Below are positions 1 to 10,092 of a stretch of 64,000 bases of DNA, one piece after another. The translations under genes and the position numbers were made by a program. The notes under the pieces are model-generated. The model saw only the letters and a list, made by a program, of their open reading frames with translations, had not been told where the DNA came from and searched no databases. The DNA is from Candidatus Zhuqueibacterota bacterium. Its GTDB lineage: Bacteria; Zhuqueibacterota; Zhuqueibacteria; Oleimicrobiales; Geothermoviventaceae. The stretch covers positions 10,878 through 74,877 of the forward strand of contig JAPDPT010000003.1 in NCBI GenBank assembly GCA_034506315.1. Reading direction: 5' to 3'. Numbering within the stretch: position 1 is the stretch's first letter; each line of letters opens with the position of its first letter.

Positions 1-60
1 CAGACACCGATCCGCAACTGGCTTGTCTCGGGGGGCTTTTCCGGGACAAATCCCGATTCC

Positions 61-3000
61 ATGCTCGACGCACGGTACTTTCCCGAGGAGCCGGGCCTGG
101 TGCCGGTCCCGGGCGAAGCGGCTCCCGCCGGTGCTTCGCCCTGGCAACTGGTGCAAGCAGACGAGCGCGGCGTTGTGGACCTGCGGCGGGTTCCCTTGCC
201 CCGACACCAGTCCGCGGTCGCGTACGCCGTCTCTTACGTCTACCACCCGACGGCCACTGAGGCTTTGTTGCTCGTAGGCAGTGACGACGGCGTGGCGGTG
301 TGGCTCAACGGTGTGCGCGTGCTCCGGCGCCCCGTGTACCGCGGGCTCGGTCTGGACCAGGACCGGGTACCGGTGCGACTGGAGCAGGGCTGGAACCACC
401 TCGTCGTAAAGGTCTTCAACGGCAGCGGTGGCTTCGGCTACGCCGTCCGCTTGGTGGATGCTTCGGGAAAGGACCTGCCAGAGCTTGTGTCCGTAGCGGA
501 GCCGCCCGCTGCACTTGCAGCGGGAAAGCCCGCGGCACCGGTGGCTCTAATAAAGGCAGAGCTGACCCCAGTTGCTTCCTACCTCGCCGGAAAACCCCGC
601 GTGCGGCTGAACGTTGCCGTGGAGCTGGCAACACTTCTTCCGGCCTTCGAACCGGGCGAGGTGTCCCTGGTGGTCGCAGGTCAGAAAGTTCAGACCCGTC
701 CCCTTAAGGCCCAGCTGCGCAACGCGGTGACCTTCGACCTGGCTCACGATAATGTGCGTCGGCTTCTGGGCTCTGGCGACAAGCTCGTGCTCGAGGCTAC
801 CGTAGGCGGTCGCAAAGCGGAACGAGTTTTCACCGTACAGCCCCTCGAATTCCTGACCGATCTGTTCGCGCAACCTGACCTGCCGAGCCCGTTGCGCTCA
901 TGCGGTGAGCGCATGACCAAGGTGCGGGAGAATCTCCGCTGGGCCCAGGTTTTTTCGAAAGGCTTCCAGGCGCCGTCCGGCGAGTTCTGGAGGGATCTCT
1001 CCCTCGCCCTCCTGGATGGCGATCTGGCGCGCTTCCGCTCGATGCTGGACGAGCAGGCCAAGCGCTACGCGCCTTTGGCCAAAGAGCTCAAGCAGAACAC
1101 GATCCATCTGGTGGGCAACGCCCATATCGATATGGCCTGGCTGTGGCGCTACGATCCGGAGACGATTGAGGTGTGCCGCAGCACGTTCGCCTCGGCTCTG
1201 AACTTCGCCAAAGAGTACCCTGACTTCGTCTACGTGCAGAGTCAGGCCCAGGCCTACTGGTGGATGGAGCAACGCTACCCAGAGCTCTTCGAAGAGATCC
1301 GCCGCGCCTACCAGCAGGGCCACTGGGTGCCCGTCGGCGGCATGTGGGTCGAGCCCGATCTGAACCTGCCCTCGGGCGAAGCCCTCGCCAGGCAGATCCT
1401 GTACGGAAAGCGGTATTTTCTGCAGAAGCTGGGTGCAGATGTCGTGGTCGGGTATAATCCGGACACCTTCGGCTATTGCTGGACGCTGCCGCAGCTCTAC
1501 CGGAAGGCCGGATTCAAGTATTTCGTGACGCAAAAGCTGCGCTGGAACGACACCAATCCCTGGGAACACGACGCCTTCTGGTGGGAGGCCCCGGACGGCT
1601 CGCGTGTCCTGGCCCTGATCCCGTACGGCTATACGCACGACGCGGATCCGGACGCCATGGCGCAGGAGTTCGTGCGGTTCCAGGGCATCACGGGTCTCAA
1701 AGATCACCTCGTGCTCTACGGTGTGGGAAACCACGGAGGAGGGCCAACCCGGCAGAACCTGGCTCGCATCCGCTACGCGCAGGGACTGGATGTCTATCCC
1801 GTGGTCCGGCATGACGACATCCAGACGGTGATGGAAAAGATCGAGCAGGATCCGGCCGCGCGCTCTCTCCCCGTGATCCGGGATGAGCTCTATTTGGAAT
1901 ACCACCGCGGCACCTACACCACCCAGGCCTCCATCAAGAAGCGCAACCGTCGCTCCGAGATCCTGATGGAGGAAGCGGAGAAGCTGGCCGTAGTTTCCGG
2001 CATACCCTATCCGAGCGATGAACTCTGGGAGTGCTGGCGACGGGTGCTTCTCAATCAGTTCCACGACATTCTGCCGGGCTCCGCTATCCCGGCAGCGTAC
2101 GAGGACGCGCACAGGGATTACGACTTCGTGGAGCAGTCCGGTAAGGCCATCGTTGCCAGAGGTCTGGCCGCTTTGGCCGCAAAGGTGAACACGCAAGGCT
2201 CGGGCACACCGGTTCTGGTTTTCAATCCTCTATCGTGGACTCGTACCGACATCGTGGTTCTGGACGATCCTCGGCTGGTTCAGGCCGGCAGGGTGGTCGA
2301 CGGCGCCGGCAAGCCAGTGCTGAGCCAGGTGGTCGGCAAGAAGCTCTATTTTCTGGCGGAGGACGTACCCGCTCTGGGCTACAAGGTCTTCTGGGTTCGA
2401 TCAGGCGGTCCTCTGGCGGCCCGGACGGGACTTTCTGTAGGACCGACCACTCTGGAAAACCGCAAGATTCGCGTTGAAATCAACCCCCGCAACGGCAACT
2501 TGAAGAGGGTCTTCGACAAAGCCGCGGGCCGGGAGGTCCTGAGCCCAGGGGCGGAGGGGAACGTCTTGCAGGCCTTTGGGGATCTCCCCGATCAGTACGA
2601 TGCGTGGAACATCGGCTACACGGGGGAGAAGTGGCTGGTGGAGGATGTGGAGAAAATCGAGATCGTGGATCGCGGCCCCCTGCGGGCGAGCATCCGCGTG
2701 GTCCGCAAGTGGCGCGATTCGCGTTTTGAACAGCTCTATGTGCTCTACGCCCACTCGCCGCGGCTGGATATCGAGACGCGGGCCGATTGGCACGCCGAAC
2801 ACGTCCTCCTGAAAGCCCTGTTCCCGGTGAACGTCCAGACCGACGCGGTTATCTATGAGATCCCCTACGGCACGATCGCTCGTACCAACCGTCCCAAGAC
2901 GTCCGTGGAGAAGGCGAAGCACGAGGTCCCCGGCCACAAGTTTGTGGATATGTCCGACGGACGGTGGGGTGTAGCGCTTCTCAACGACTGCAAGTACGGC

Positions 3001-3516
3001 TTTGACGCCCGTAACGACAGCCTCCGGATCACGCTCCTTCGCTCGCCGCGCACGCCTGTGCCCATCGACGCCGGGCCCGACTACGTGCCGCCCCTTGCGG
3101 ACCAGGGGTCGCACGAGTTCACTTATTCCCTCTATCCGCACCGTGGCGGGTATGTGGATGGCGGCGTCGCCCGTGCCGGCTACGAACTGAACTACCCCAT
3201 GTTGGTCTGGGCGACGGACGCCCACACGGGTGATCTACCTCCTTCCTTCGGCTTCGTGGAGGAGCTTCCCGAAAACGTGTTCCTGACCGCCGTCAAGAAG
3301 GCCGAGGACGCCCATCACTGGATTTTGCGGATGTACGAGCTGGCCGGTCGCCACACCACGTTCTCCCTGCGCTGGCACCTGCCGTTCGCCGCGGCGTGGG
3401 AGGCCGATCTGATGGAACACGCCCGTGTGAAGCTCCCGCAGGAAGGGGAGGCAGTGGTCGTCGCGATGAATCCGTACGAAATCAAGACGATTCTTCTGGA
3501 ACGGGCTCAGAGGTAG
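61..3516 (+). CDS. alpha-mannosidase, glycoside hydrolase family 38; may be 5'-truncated by the window edge (reading frame open from nt 1)
   Basis: 1151-aa ORF with GH38 core motifs HLVGNAHIDMAWLW, GGMWVEPD and YNPDTFGY. A ~330-aa N-terminal extension with a PA14-like beta-sandwich stretch precedes the catalytic core. Confidence 0.85.
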   Translation: MLDARYFPEEPGLVPVPGEAAPAGASPWQLVQADERGVVDLRRVPLPRHQSAVAYAVSYVYHPTATEALLLVGSDDGVAVWLNGVRVLRRPVYRGLGLDQDRVPVRLEQGWNHLVVKVFNGSGGFGYAVRLVDASGKDLPELVSVAEPPAALAAGKPAAPVALIKAELTPVASYLAGKPRVRLNVAVELATLLPAFEPGEVSLVVAGQKVQTRPLKAQLRNAVTFDLAHDNVRRLLGSGDKLVLEATVGGRKAERVFTVQPLEFLTDLFAQPDLPSPLRSCGERMTKVRENLRWAQVFSKGFQAPSGEFWRDLSLALLDGDLARFRSMLDEQAKRYAPLAKELKQNTIHLVGNAHIDMAWLWRYDPETIEVCRSTFASALNFAKEYPDFVYVQSQAQAYWWMEQRYPELFEEIRRAYQQGHWVPVGGMWVEPDLNLPSGEALARQILYGKRYFLQKLGADVVVGYNPDTFGYCWTLPQLYRKAGFKYFVTQKLRWNDTNPWEHDAFWWEAPDGSRVLALIPYGYTHDADPDAMAQEFVRFQGITGLKDHLVLYGVGNHGGGPTRQNLARIRYAQGLDVYPVVRHDDIQTVMEKIEQDPAARSLPVIRDELYLEYHRGTYTTQASIKKRNRRSEILMEEAEKLAVVSGIPYPSDELWECWRRVLLNQFHDILPGSAIPAAYEDAHRDYDFVEQSGKAIVARGLAALAAKVNTQGSGTPVLVFNPLSWTRTDIVVLDDPRLVQAGRVVDGAGKPVLSQVVGKKLYFLAEDVPALGYKVFWVRSGGPLAARTGLSVGPTTLENRKIRVEINPRNGNLKRVFDKAAGREVLSPGAEGNVLQAFGDLPDQYDAWNIGYTGEKWLVEDVEKIEIVDRGPLRASIRVVRKWRDSRFEQLYVLYAHSPRLDIETRADWHAEHVLLKALFPVNVQTDAVIYEIPYGTIARTNRPKTSVEKAKHEVPGHKFVDMSDGRWGVALLNDCKYGFDARNDSLRITLLRSPRTPVPIDAGPDYVPPLADQGSHEFTYSLYPHRGGYVDGGVARAGYELNYPMLVWATDAHTGDLPPSFGFVEELPENVFLTAVKKAEDAHHWILRMYELAGRHTTFSLRWHLPFAAAWEADLMEHARVKLPQEGEAVVVAMNPYEIKTILLERAQR

Positions 3517-3605
3517 ACCCGGGATCTTTCGCACCCGAACGTGGACAGATCCTGGGAAGGTAGGAAAGGGTCAGGAAGCAGAAGCCGAGGGGAAGGGAGA
3601 CCGCG

Positions 3606-4850
3606 GTGAGCGGTGCCGGGGCGGTGGAGACCATCGAAGTCAGGCCTTTGCGCAGGGGGCCTGTGTACGAGGAAGCGTGGCGAGCAACGGAAGGCAAGCG
3701 CTTCTCGGCGGGGATCTGGTGCCTCATCTGGCCGCTGGGGGATCGCTTCGGCCGCGAAGTGAACCCGGAGTTCGTACGGCCGGAGGTGGCGCTGGAATTC
3801 CTGTACCGCATCGGGGTGAAGGGGGTGAGCTTTCACTACCCACGGGAGTTCGGCCCGGTCAATGAGGCTGTTTGGCGCGATCTCCTCCAGGAGCGGGGGA
3901 TGGCGGTCACCTCGATCGCGGCGGATGTATTCAGCAGCTCCGTTTTCCGGTTCGGGGGACCCTCCAGTCACGTGGAGGAGGTCCGCGAACTGGCGACGCG
4001 GCTGAAGATCGAGGCGCAGCAGCTGTGCGTGAAATACGGTTGTGCTTTTCAGACGGACTGGGCCGGGCGGGACGGGTTTGAGGGCTACTTTCTCTACGAG
4101 CCGGAAACGCAATGGGAGTGGACGCGGACGCACTACGCGCGCCTTCTGCGAGCCGTCGAGGGACGAGCCGGCATCGCCATCGAGTTCAAGCCCTACGACG
4201 CGCCCGAACACGCCGTCATCAAGACGGCGGAAGAGGCGCTGATGATGTGCGAAGAGGTCGAGCGGACCATCCGCGACGAAATCGTGGCTGAAGTTCGGAG
4301 AGAGCTCGGAGCGGACGTGCCCACCCAGCGTTTTGCGGAAGAGGTGGCTCGCCGCTGGCAGCCCTACGAACATCGCATGGGCGTGAACATCGAGGACGCC
4401 CATGTCTACCTGGCCGGGCGTAAAGTGAGTGAGGCACTCCGCAAGTGTTTGCGGCAAGGCCGCCTCTTCCTCCGGCACGAGAACGACTCCGAGGGACGGC
4501 TGGACAATGATCTCCTGTTCGGGAGCGTTCACTTCTGGGATGCCCTCGAGTGCTCGTTGCTGCTCCGGGAACATGGCTGGGATGGCGTGCACGAGCCGGA
4601 CATTTTCCCCCAGCGTGACGACCCCCTCAAGGCCTACGTGGCTTCGCTCAACGCCATCAGTTTCTTCGACGCCCTGGCTCAGAAGCTACTCGAGGGCGAG
4701 GGGCCGGATCGTCTGGAAGCCCTGCGGTCCAGCAAGAGGGCCAGCGAGCTTTATGATCTTCTGCAGAGGGTCCTCGCGGGCGGCGTGGATTACCCACGCA
4801 TCGACCCGGAACTTGTGGATCGGTTCCGAACGGAGATAGCGAGCTCATAG
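3606..4850 (+). CDS. xylose-isomerase-family (XylA-like) TIM-barrel sugar isomerase
   Basis: 414-aa ORF with a GTG start. WAGRDGFEGY resembles the XylA WGGREGYE motif; IEFKPYDAPEH resembles XylA EPKPxEP; an FHYP stretch resembles the XylA FHD segment. It lies directly downstream of the mannosidase. Confidence 0.5.
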   Translation: MSGAGAVETIEVRPLRRGPVYEEAWRATEGKRFSAGIWCLIWPLGDRFGREVNPEFVRPEVALEFLYRIGVKGVSFHYPREFGPVNEAVWRDLLQERGMAVTSIAADVFSSSVFRFGGPSSHVEEVRELATRLKIEAQQLCVKYGCAFQTDWAGRDGFEGYFLYEPETQWEWTRTHYARLLRAVEGRAGIAIEFKPYDAPEHAVIKTAEEALMMCEEVERTIRDEIVAEVRRELGADVPTQRFAEEVARRWQPYEHRMGVNIEDAHVYLAGRKVSEALRKCLRQGRLFLRHENDSEGRLDNDLLFGSVHFWDALECSLLLREHGWDGVHEPDIFPQRDDPLKAYVASLNAISFFDALAQKLLEGEGPDRLEALRSSKRASELYDLLQRVLAGGVDYPRIDPELVDRFRTEIASS

Positions 4851-4885
4851 GCAAGGAGAGGGAAACCGGAGGAGAGAGTTAGCAC

Positions 4886-6622
4886 ATGAGGCACGCGTCG
4901 CTGCACCTTGTAGGGGTGGGACTGCTCGGTCTGGCGCTCTTGGGTTGTGAAGAGTTCACGTCGCCGTTTACGGTCGGGCGGGTGGGGAACGCCCGGATCA
5001 CGCTCGGCGAGTTTCGAGACCATTACCGGGTGGGCCGGGATCCCGAGGCTCTGCGCGCCGTCTCAATGGACGCGCGCCGCACTCACCTGGAGCGGATGCT
5101 CGAGGCCCGGATGAAGTACCTCGAGGCAAAGCGCCTCGGGCTGGATCAGGATTCGGCCTATGTGGCTCGGTACCGCGAAGTCCGGGATCGAGCCGTGATG
5201 GAAGAGATGATGCGCGAGAAGATTCTCTACCGTTTGATCCCGGCCTCAGAGGTGCGGCGCTGGTACAAGTATTCCGGCACAGCCGTCAAGGTAAAAAGCA
5301 TCTCGATCTACGTGCGGGAAGGAATGCGGCCACGGGAGCTTCTGGCCAAGGGAAGCCAGGCCTGGCAGGTGTACACGAGGCTGAAGCGGGGGGAGCCCTT
5401 CGACAGCCTGGTGGTCGCTTTCAGTGAGGATCCCGCCGAGCGGGACAGTGGAGGCAATCCTCGCTGGATCCGCTGGGGGTTTCATGACCCGCGCCTCTGC
5501 CTGGAGCTCTTCAAGCTGGAGAAGGGGGAGTTCAGTCGGCCGATCCGCACCCCGGAGGGTTACCGGGTGTTCCAGGTTGTGGAGAAGAACGTCGTGGAGA
5601 CCCTTCCCCTGCGACTCATCCGTTTTGAGGTGCTTTCGCAGATACGGAACACGGACCCTTATCGGCGACGGGTCGATGCTGAGCTCGAGAAATTCATCAC
5701 GAGCGTAATGGGACAGTATCGCTACGCGGAAAATGCGTTCGCCTGGAACTACCTCTCGGGGGTGATGAAGATCCGCAAAGCTGCGCTCATTTCGGGCCAG
5801 GTGAGCGGAGAAAGCGATCAGTTCGAGATGATCCCCCAGGCCCACTACCACTACGCCTTGTGCCGGTGGAAGGGAGATAGCTTGACCATTGGCGAAGTGA
5901 TCGATTACGTGCGCAAGAACAGCGCCCGGACGATGCCGGATTTCACCGATGAGAGGACGCGCCGATCGTGGATCGAAGGGATCGCCCGGCGCAAGCTCCT
6001 GACGCAGCACGCCTATGAGCTGGGCTACGACCGGCATCCGGACGTACAGGAACAGCTGCGAAACTACGAGCTGCGGGTCCTCCCCACGGTGCTGGACAAC
6101 CGCCTTGTCCGTCAGAAAGCGGAGGTGACCGAGGAGCAGGCGCGGCGTTTCTTCGAGGCGCATCGGAATGAGTTCAAGATCCCTGCTTCGAGGCTGGTCC
6201 GAGAGATTCTGATCGGCAACTACGATCTGGCCGAGGAGATAGCACGGCGCGCCAAGGGCGGCGAGGATTTCCTCCAGCTCGCTCGAAAGTACAACGAACG
6301 GCAGTCCACGAAGAATCAAGATGGGCTGCTGGGTTGGGTGACGGAAGGGGCTTTCGGCGAGCTGGGCACCAGGGCCGTGCAGATGAGCAAAGGGGAAATC
6401 TCCAACCCCATCCCCGTCGGCAACAAGTGGTCTGTCATCCGGATCGAGGACGAGCGCGCGGAGCGCCTGAAGACGTACGAGGAGGCGCGAACGCAGGTCA
6501 TGGAACGCGCCCGGAGCGAACAGCAGCTCCAGCTGGCGCGCGAGCTTTCGGCAAATCTCCGCAAGTCCTACAGGCCGGTGGTATACGAGAGGGCACTGGC
6601 GCGGGCCTTCCCGCTGCCGTAG
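4886..6622 (+). CDS. SurA/PrsA-like peptidyl-prolyl cis-trans isomerase (PpiC/parvulin domain), lipoprotein
   Basis: Lipoprotein signal with Cys (LLGLALLGC) and an AGGAG RBS. The C-terminal parvulin domain reads PASRLVREILIG...DGLLGWVTEGAFGELG...NKWSVIRIEDER. Confidence 0.7.
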   Translation: MRHASLHLVGVGLLGLALLGCEEFTSPFTVGRVGNARITLGEFRDHYRVGRDPEALRAVSMDARRTHLERMLEARMKYLEAKRLGLDQDSAYVARYREVRDRAVMEEMMREKILYRLIPASEVRRWYKYSGTAVKVKSISIYVREGMRPRELLAKGSQAWQVYTRLKRGEPFDSLVVAFSEDPAERDSGGNPRWIRWGFHDPRLCLELFKLEKGEFSRPIRTPEGYRVFQVVEKNVVETLPLRLIRFEVLSQIRNTDPYRRRVDAELEKFITSVMGQYRYAENAFAWNYLSGVMKIRKAALISGQVSGESDQFEMIPQAHYHYALCRWKGDSLTIGEVIDYVRKNSARTMPDFTDERTRRSWIEGIARRKLLTQHAYELGYDRHPDVQEQLRNYELRVLPTVLDNRLVRQKAEVTEEQARRFFEAHRNEFKIPASRLVREILIGNYDLAEEIARRAKGGEDFLQLARKYNERQSTKNQDGLLGWVTEGAFGELGTRAVQMSKGEISNPIPVGNKWSVIRIEDERAERLKTYEEARTQVMERARSEQQLQLARELSANLRKSYRPVVYERALARAFPLP

Positions 6623-6668
6623 AAAACGGGGCGGGAGCGAGCGTCTGGAGGTCCCAGGCTCCCGGGGG

Positions 6669-8195
6669 CTATTGCTCCCCCCTCTCTTGCACCTTGCGGA
6701 ATTCGAGGACGTCGATCGCGGCTTCCTGGGCGTCGGGGTTGAGTGCACCAGCCCAACCCCGCCACAGGGTCAGGTGGGCAGCGCTAAACGTGTTCACCTC
6801 CCCTGTGGTAGGATCGACGGGTACCCATCCAGGTTCTTCCCCGAGATAGGCTTCCACCCAGTTGTGCTGCCCGAAACGTCCCCCCACGTAGAGAAGGCCG
6901 CCGGCAAGGCGTGCCGGGATACCAAGGGCGCGCAGGAGCGCCACGGCCAGGTAGGACTGAGGGCCGCAGTCCCCTCGCCGAGTGCGCAAGCAAGTGAGCG
7001 CATCGCTTCCGGTGATCTCATACCGGATATGGCTGTGGATCCACGCGCAAACGCGCTGGACTGCCTCAAGCGGGTGAGTGGCTCCGTTACGAAGCGAATC
7101 GGCTAAGGCGCGGATCTCCGGGTGGTCGCTCGGAGCCTGGATTTCGGGCTGGAGCCACGCCGCGTACGCCTCCTGTTCTTCGGCACGGAGCCAGCGTCCG
7201 GGGTGGCGGTTTCGGACCATTCGCACGGCGAAGACGCCGTCGTAGCAGGCGCGCTTATCCACAACCTTGCACTGACCCTCGAAGTCCTGCCAGGGCGTGT
7301 CCTCGGTTGGCTCTCCCAGCGCCAAGATTTCGAATTTCGCCTGAATCCTCAGAAACTCCAGGCGCTTCCAATCCCCTACGTCCGTGTAGGTTCGGATGTA
7401 CAGGCGGTCGATCAGGTGACTGTAAAGGCGATCGAGGTCGAGGCTTCCCTGGGGCTGCGATGGAGTCCAGGAAGAATCGTAAAGGGCCTCCGCATATTGG
7501 GCTGGTACCGCCCATCGGAGAAGGAAGCCGTCTTCCGGACGCACCCAGAAGCTCATTCGCAACCCGGAGTCCGTAATGGCTTCCAGCTTGTGACAGGTGA
7601 CGGCCTTCCCGCCCGGCAGGGAAACTGTGTCCTGACCGGCTTTGGCCATTCGGAGATGGAAGGTTTGCGGATATTGCACCAGAATCTGGGGGACAAGAAA
7701 GGGATACCGGGCTGAGTCAACGTGGAGTTGATGAAAATGCCATAAGAGGAGCTGGTAGTGGTCCAGGCAGAAGTTGTTGTCCAGGAGGAAGGTCCCTTTC
7801 TCCAGGCCGAGAGCGATTTTCTTTTCGCCGAGCCCTGCCGCGCGGATCACGGCAAAAGCGCTGTCCCGTCGGAAAGCCACCTCAATCGTCGCCTGTTCCT
7901 GCTGCTGGGCGTAGACGGTGAGGTGGTAGTACAGAGGGAGCAAGCTGACCTTGTGGCTGGCCAGGGCCCCGCGCAGGGTGACCTCGACCGCTTGTCCCGC
8001 TTGCTTCAACCGGAAGGCGATGGACGAGCGGGTGACGAAGGAATCCGCGATCACTTTCGTTTGGTAGGAAGCAGACCCAATGTCCTCGCCCAACATGCGG
8101 ATACGGTAGCGGACCGTCGGCTCCCCGGCCCGTGCGTGGAGACAAAGGGAGAGGGAAAGGGCGAGGAGGACGTTGCCGGTAGAGTAAGCCCTCAT
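6669..8195 (-). CDS. transglutaminase-like cysteine protease domain protein (secreted)
   Basis: Signal peptide MRAYSTGNVLLALSLSLCLHA. The transglutaminase core reads RRGDCGPQSYLAVALLRALGIPARL...HNWVEAYL...WVPVDPT. Start set at an internal ATG with a GAGGTG RBS. Confidence 0.7.
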   Translation of the reverse strand: MRAYSTGNVLLALSLSLCLHARAGEPTVRYRIRMLGEDIGSASYQTKVIADSFVTRSSIAFRLKQAGQAVEVTLRGALASHKVSLLPLYYHLTVYAQQQEQATIEVAFRRDSAFAVIRAAGLGEKKIALGLEKGTFLLDNNFCLDHYQLLLWHFHQLHVDSARYPFLVPQILVQYPQTFHLRMAKAGQDTVSLPGGKAVTCHKLEAITDSGLRMSFWVRPEDGFLLRWAVPAQYAEALYDSSWTPSQPQGSLDLDRLYSHLIDRLYIRTYTDVGDWKRLEFLRIQAKFEILALGEPTEDTPWQDFEGQCKVVDKRACYDGVFAVRMVRNRHPGRWLRAEEQEAYAAWLQPEIQAPSDHPEIRALADSLRNGATHPLEAVQRVCAWIHSHIRYEITGSDALTCLRTRRGDCGPQSYLAVALLRALGIPARLAGGLLYVGGRFGQHNWVEAYLGEEPGWVPVDPTTGEVNTFSAAHLTLWRGWAGALNPDAQEAAIDVLEFRKVQERGEQ

Positions 8196-8468
8196 TTCGC
8201 ACCTCGACCAAGCGGTGAGCTGCTGACACGGTAGGCTACCCGCAAATCTACCGATTGCTCCGTTCAGTTTCAAGCCGAGCAGTGCCAGGACAGTCGGGGG
8301 CCCTTTCCTCCAGCTGCCTGAGGGGGCACGGTGAGCGAGTTATCGGAAGGTTGACGGCCGGTTTACGAGAATCGTTTGCGGGGGCCGGTCGCAGCGGGCG
8401 AGCGGATCGGCACGGCGGAGCGGACTCTGTCGGCCGGGAAGGTCCAGCTACCGGAGGGGAAAAACGCC

Positions 8469-8497
8469 TTGACAATCAAGGGGGATTCTTTTAATTT
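8469..8497 (+). promoter_or_regulatory. putative sigma-70-type promoter for gcvPB
   Basis: TTGACA is followed after 15-17 nt by an A/T-rich TTTAAT/TAATTT box, about 90 nt upstream of the gcvPB ATG (RBS GAGAGG). Confidence 0.25.
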
Positions 8498-8582
8498 GGC
8501 CGTTGATTTTTCGTGGATTCCGCCTTGTTTCGACGCGGGGGCGAAACCGTCTGGCGGCGGGCTCCAAGGCCGAGAGGTGACG

Positions 8583-10043
8583 ATGTCGGGTCGGCAGCTG
8601 GAACCTTTGATTTTCGAGATTTCGCGACCGGGCAAGTGCGGTGTGAAGCTTCCAGAGGTGGATGTCCCCCACGCCGACGTTGAGGATCTACTCCCCGCCG
8701 ATGCCCTCCGCGCCCGTCCCGCTGGGCTGCCGGAGGTAAGCGAGCCTGAAGTCGTCCGCCATTTTGTCCGCCTCTCTGCGCTCAACTACCACTTGGACAA
8801 GGGGCTTTATCCCCTGGGCTCCTGTACGATGAAATACAATCCTAAGATCAACGAGGCCATGGCTCGACTTCCGGGCTTTGCGCATCTGCACCCCTTCCAG
8901 CCGTCGCAGACGGTCCAGGGCGCCCTGCAGCTTATGGCCGAACTGGGCGCGTATCTCTGCGAGATCGCGGGAATGGCAGGTGTTACCCTCCAGCCGGCAG
9001 CGGGAGCGCAGGGAGAGCTTACCGGCCTGATGATGATCCGGGCCTACCACGAGCGTCAGGGCAAGCCGCGGCGGTTCGTACTCATTCCGGATTCCGCCCA
9101 CGGGACCAACCCGGCCAGCGTGACCATTTCGGGATACGAAGCCATTCAGATACGATCCAACGAGAACGGGCGGGTGGATCTGGAGGATCTGCGCGCGAAG
9201 GCGAACGAGGAGACAGCGGCGTTGATGCTCACGAATCCTAACACGCTTGGGATTTTTGAGGTGGACGCGGACGCCATTCGCCAGATCCTCGACTCCGTGG
9301 GCGCCTTGTTTTACATGGACGGCGCCAACCTGAACGCTCTTCTGGGCATCGTGCGACCCGGGGATCTTGGGGTCGATGTGGTGCACTTCAATCTCCACAA
9401 GACCTTCTCCACTCCCCACGGGGGTGGGGGACCGGGAGCCGGGCCTGTGGGCGTGTCGGAGCGGTTGCTTCCTTTCCTACCGAAGCCTGTGGTACGGAAA
9501 GATGGCGATGGCTACCGCTTCGATTGGGAGCGACCCGATTCCATCGGCCGTGTCCTGGCCTTCTGGGGGCACTTCCTGGTCATGGTACGGGCTTACACGT
9601 ACATCCGGATGCTGGGACCGGAAGGCCTTCGGGCAGTCAGCGAGGCCGCCGTCTTGAACGCGAACTATCTGCTGGCCCGCCTGCGGCAAGTCTACGACCT
9701 CCCCTACGCGGAACGACCCATGCACGAGTTTGTGCTGTCCGGCGACCGGCAGAAGACAAAAGGCGTACGTACCCTGGACATTGCTAAGCGTCTTCTGGAC
9801 CTTGGCCTACACGCGCCGACCGTTTACTTCCCCCTCATTGTGCACGAGGCCCTGATGATCGAGCCGACCGAGACGGAGTCCAAGTCCTCGCTGGATGCCT
9901 TCGCCGAGGCGATGCTCCAGATCGCCAGGGAGGCAGAGGAATCCCCCGAGCTTCTCAGGTCGGCGCCGACAACGACCCCTGTCGGCCGCTTAGACGAAGC
10001 GAAGGCCTCGCGCGAGCTCAACGTACGCTACGTGCGCGCTTAG
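8583..10043 (+). CDS. gcvPB: glycine dehydrogenase (decarboxylating) subunit 2
   Basis: Strong family match through [38 protein letters not shown] and [16 protein letters not shown] (PLP-lysine region). Start set at the internal ATG ([12 protein letters not shown]) preceded by an RBS. Confidence 0.9.
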   Translation: MSGRQLEPLIFEISRPGKCGVKLPEVDVPHADVEDLLPADALRARPAGLPEVSEPEVVRHFVRLSALNYHLDKGLYPLGSCTMKYNPKINEAMARLPGFAHLHPFQPSQTVQGALQLMAELGAYLCEIAGMAGVTLQPAAGAQGELTGLMMIRAYHERQGKPRRFVLIPDSAHGTNPASVTISGYEAIQIRSNENGRVDLEDLRAKANEETAALMLTNPNTLGIFEVDADAIRQILDSVGALFYMDGANLNALLGIVRPGDLGVDVVHFNLHKTFSTPHGGGGPGAGPVGVSERLLPFLPKPVVRKDGDGYRFDWERPDSIGRVLAFWGHFLVMVRAYTYIRMLGPEGLRAVSEAAVLNANYLLARLRQVYDLPYAERPMHEFVLSGDRQKTKGVRTLDIAKRLLDLGLHAPTVYFPLIVHEALMIEPTETESKSSLDAFAEAMLQIAREAEESPELLRSAPTTTPVGRLDEAKASRELNVRYVRA

Positions 10044-10092
10044 CGCAGGGCCGCTTTCGCGTTGCAGGAAAGGGCAAGCCAGAAAGGACCGG

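Noticed and set aside
6623-6668. Bidirectional terminator between the convergent PPIase and transglutaminase genes
   Set aside because: There is a 7-bp stem (CGGGAGC / GCTCCCG) with a 19-nt loop and no U-tract, which is too weak to call.
8280-8582. Glycine riboswitch upstream of gcvPB
   Set aside because: The leader from the putative -10 to the ATG is only about 85 nt and lacks the conserved GGAGAG...ACCGAAGGGGCAA...CTCTGGAGAG aptamer elements. Only vague GC-rich resemblance.
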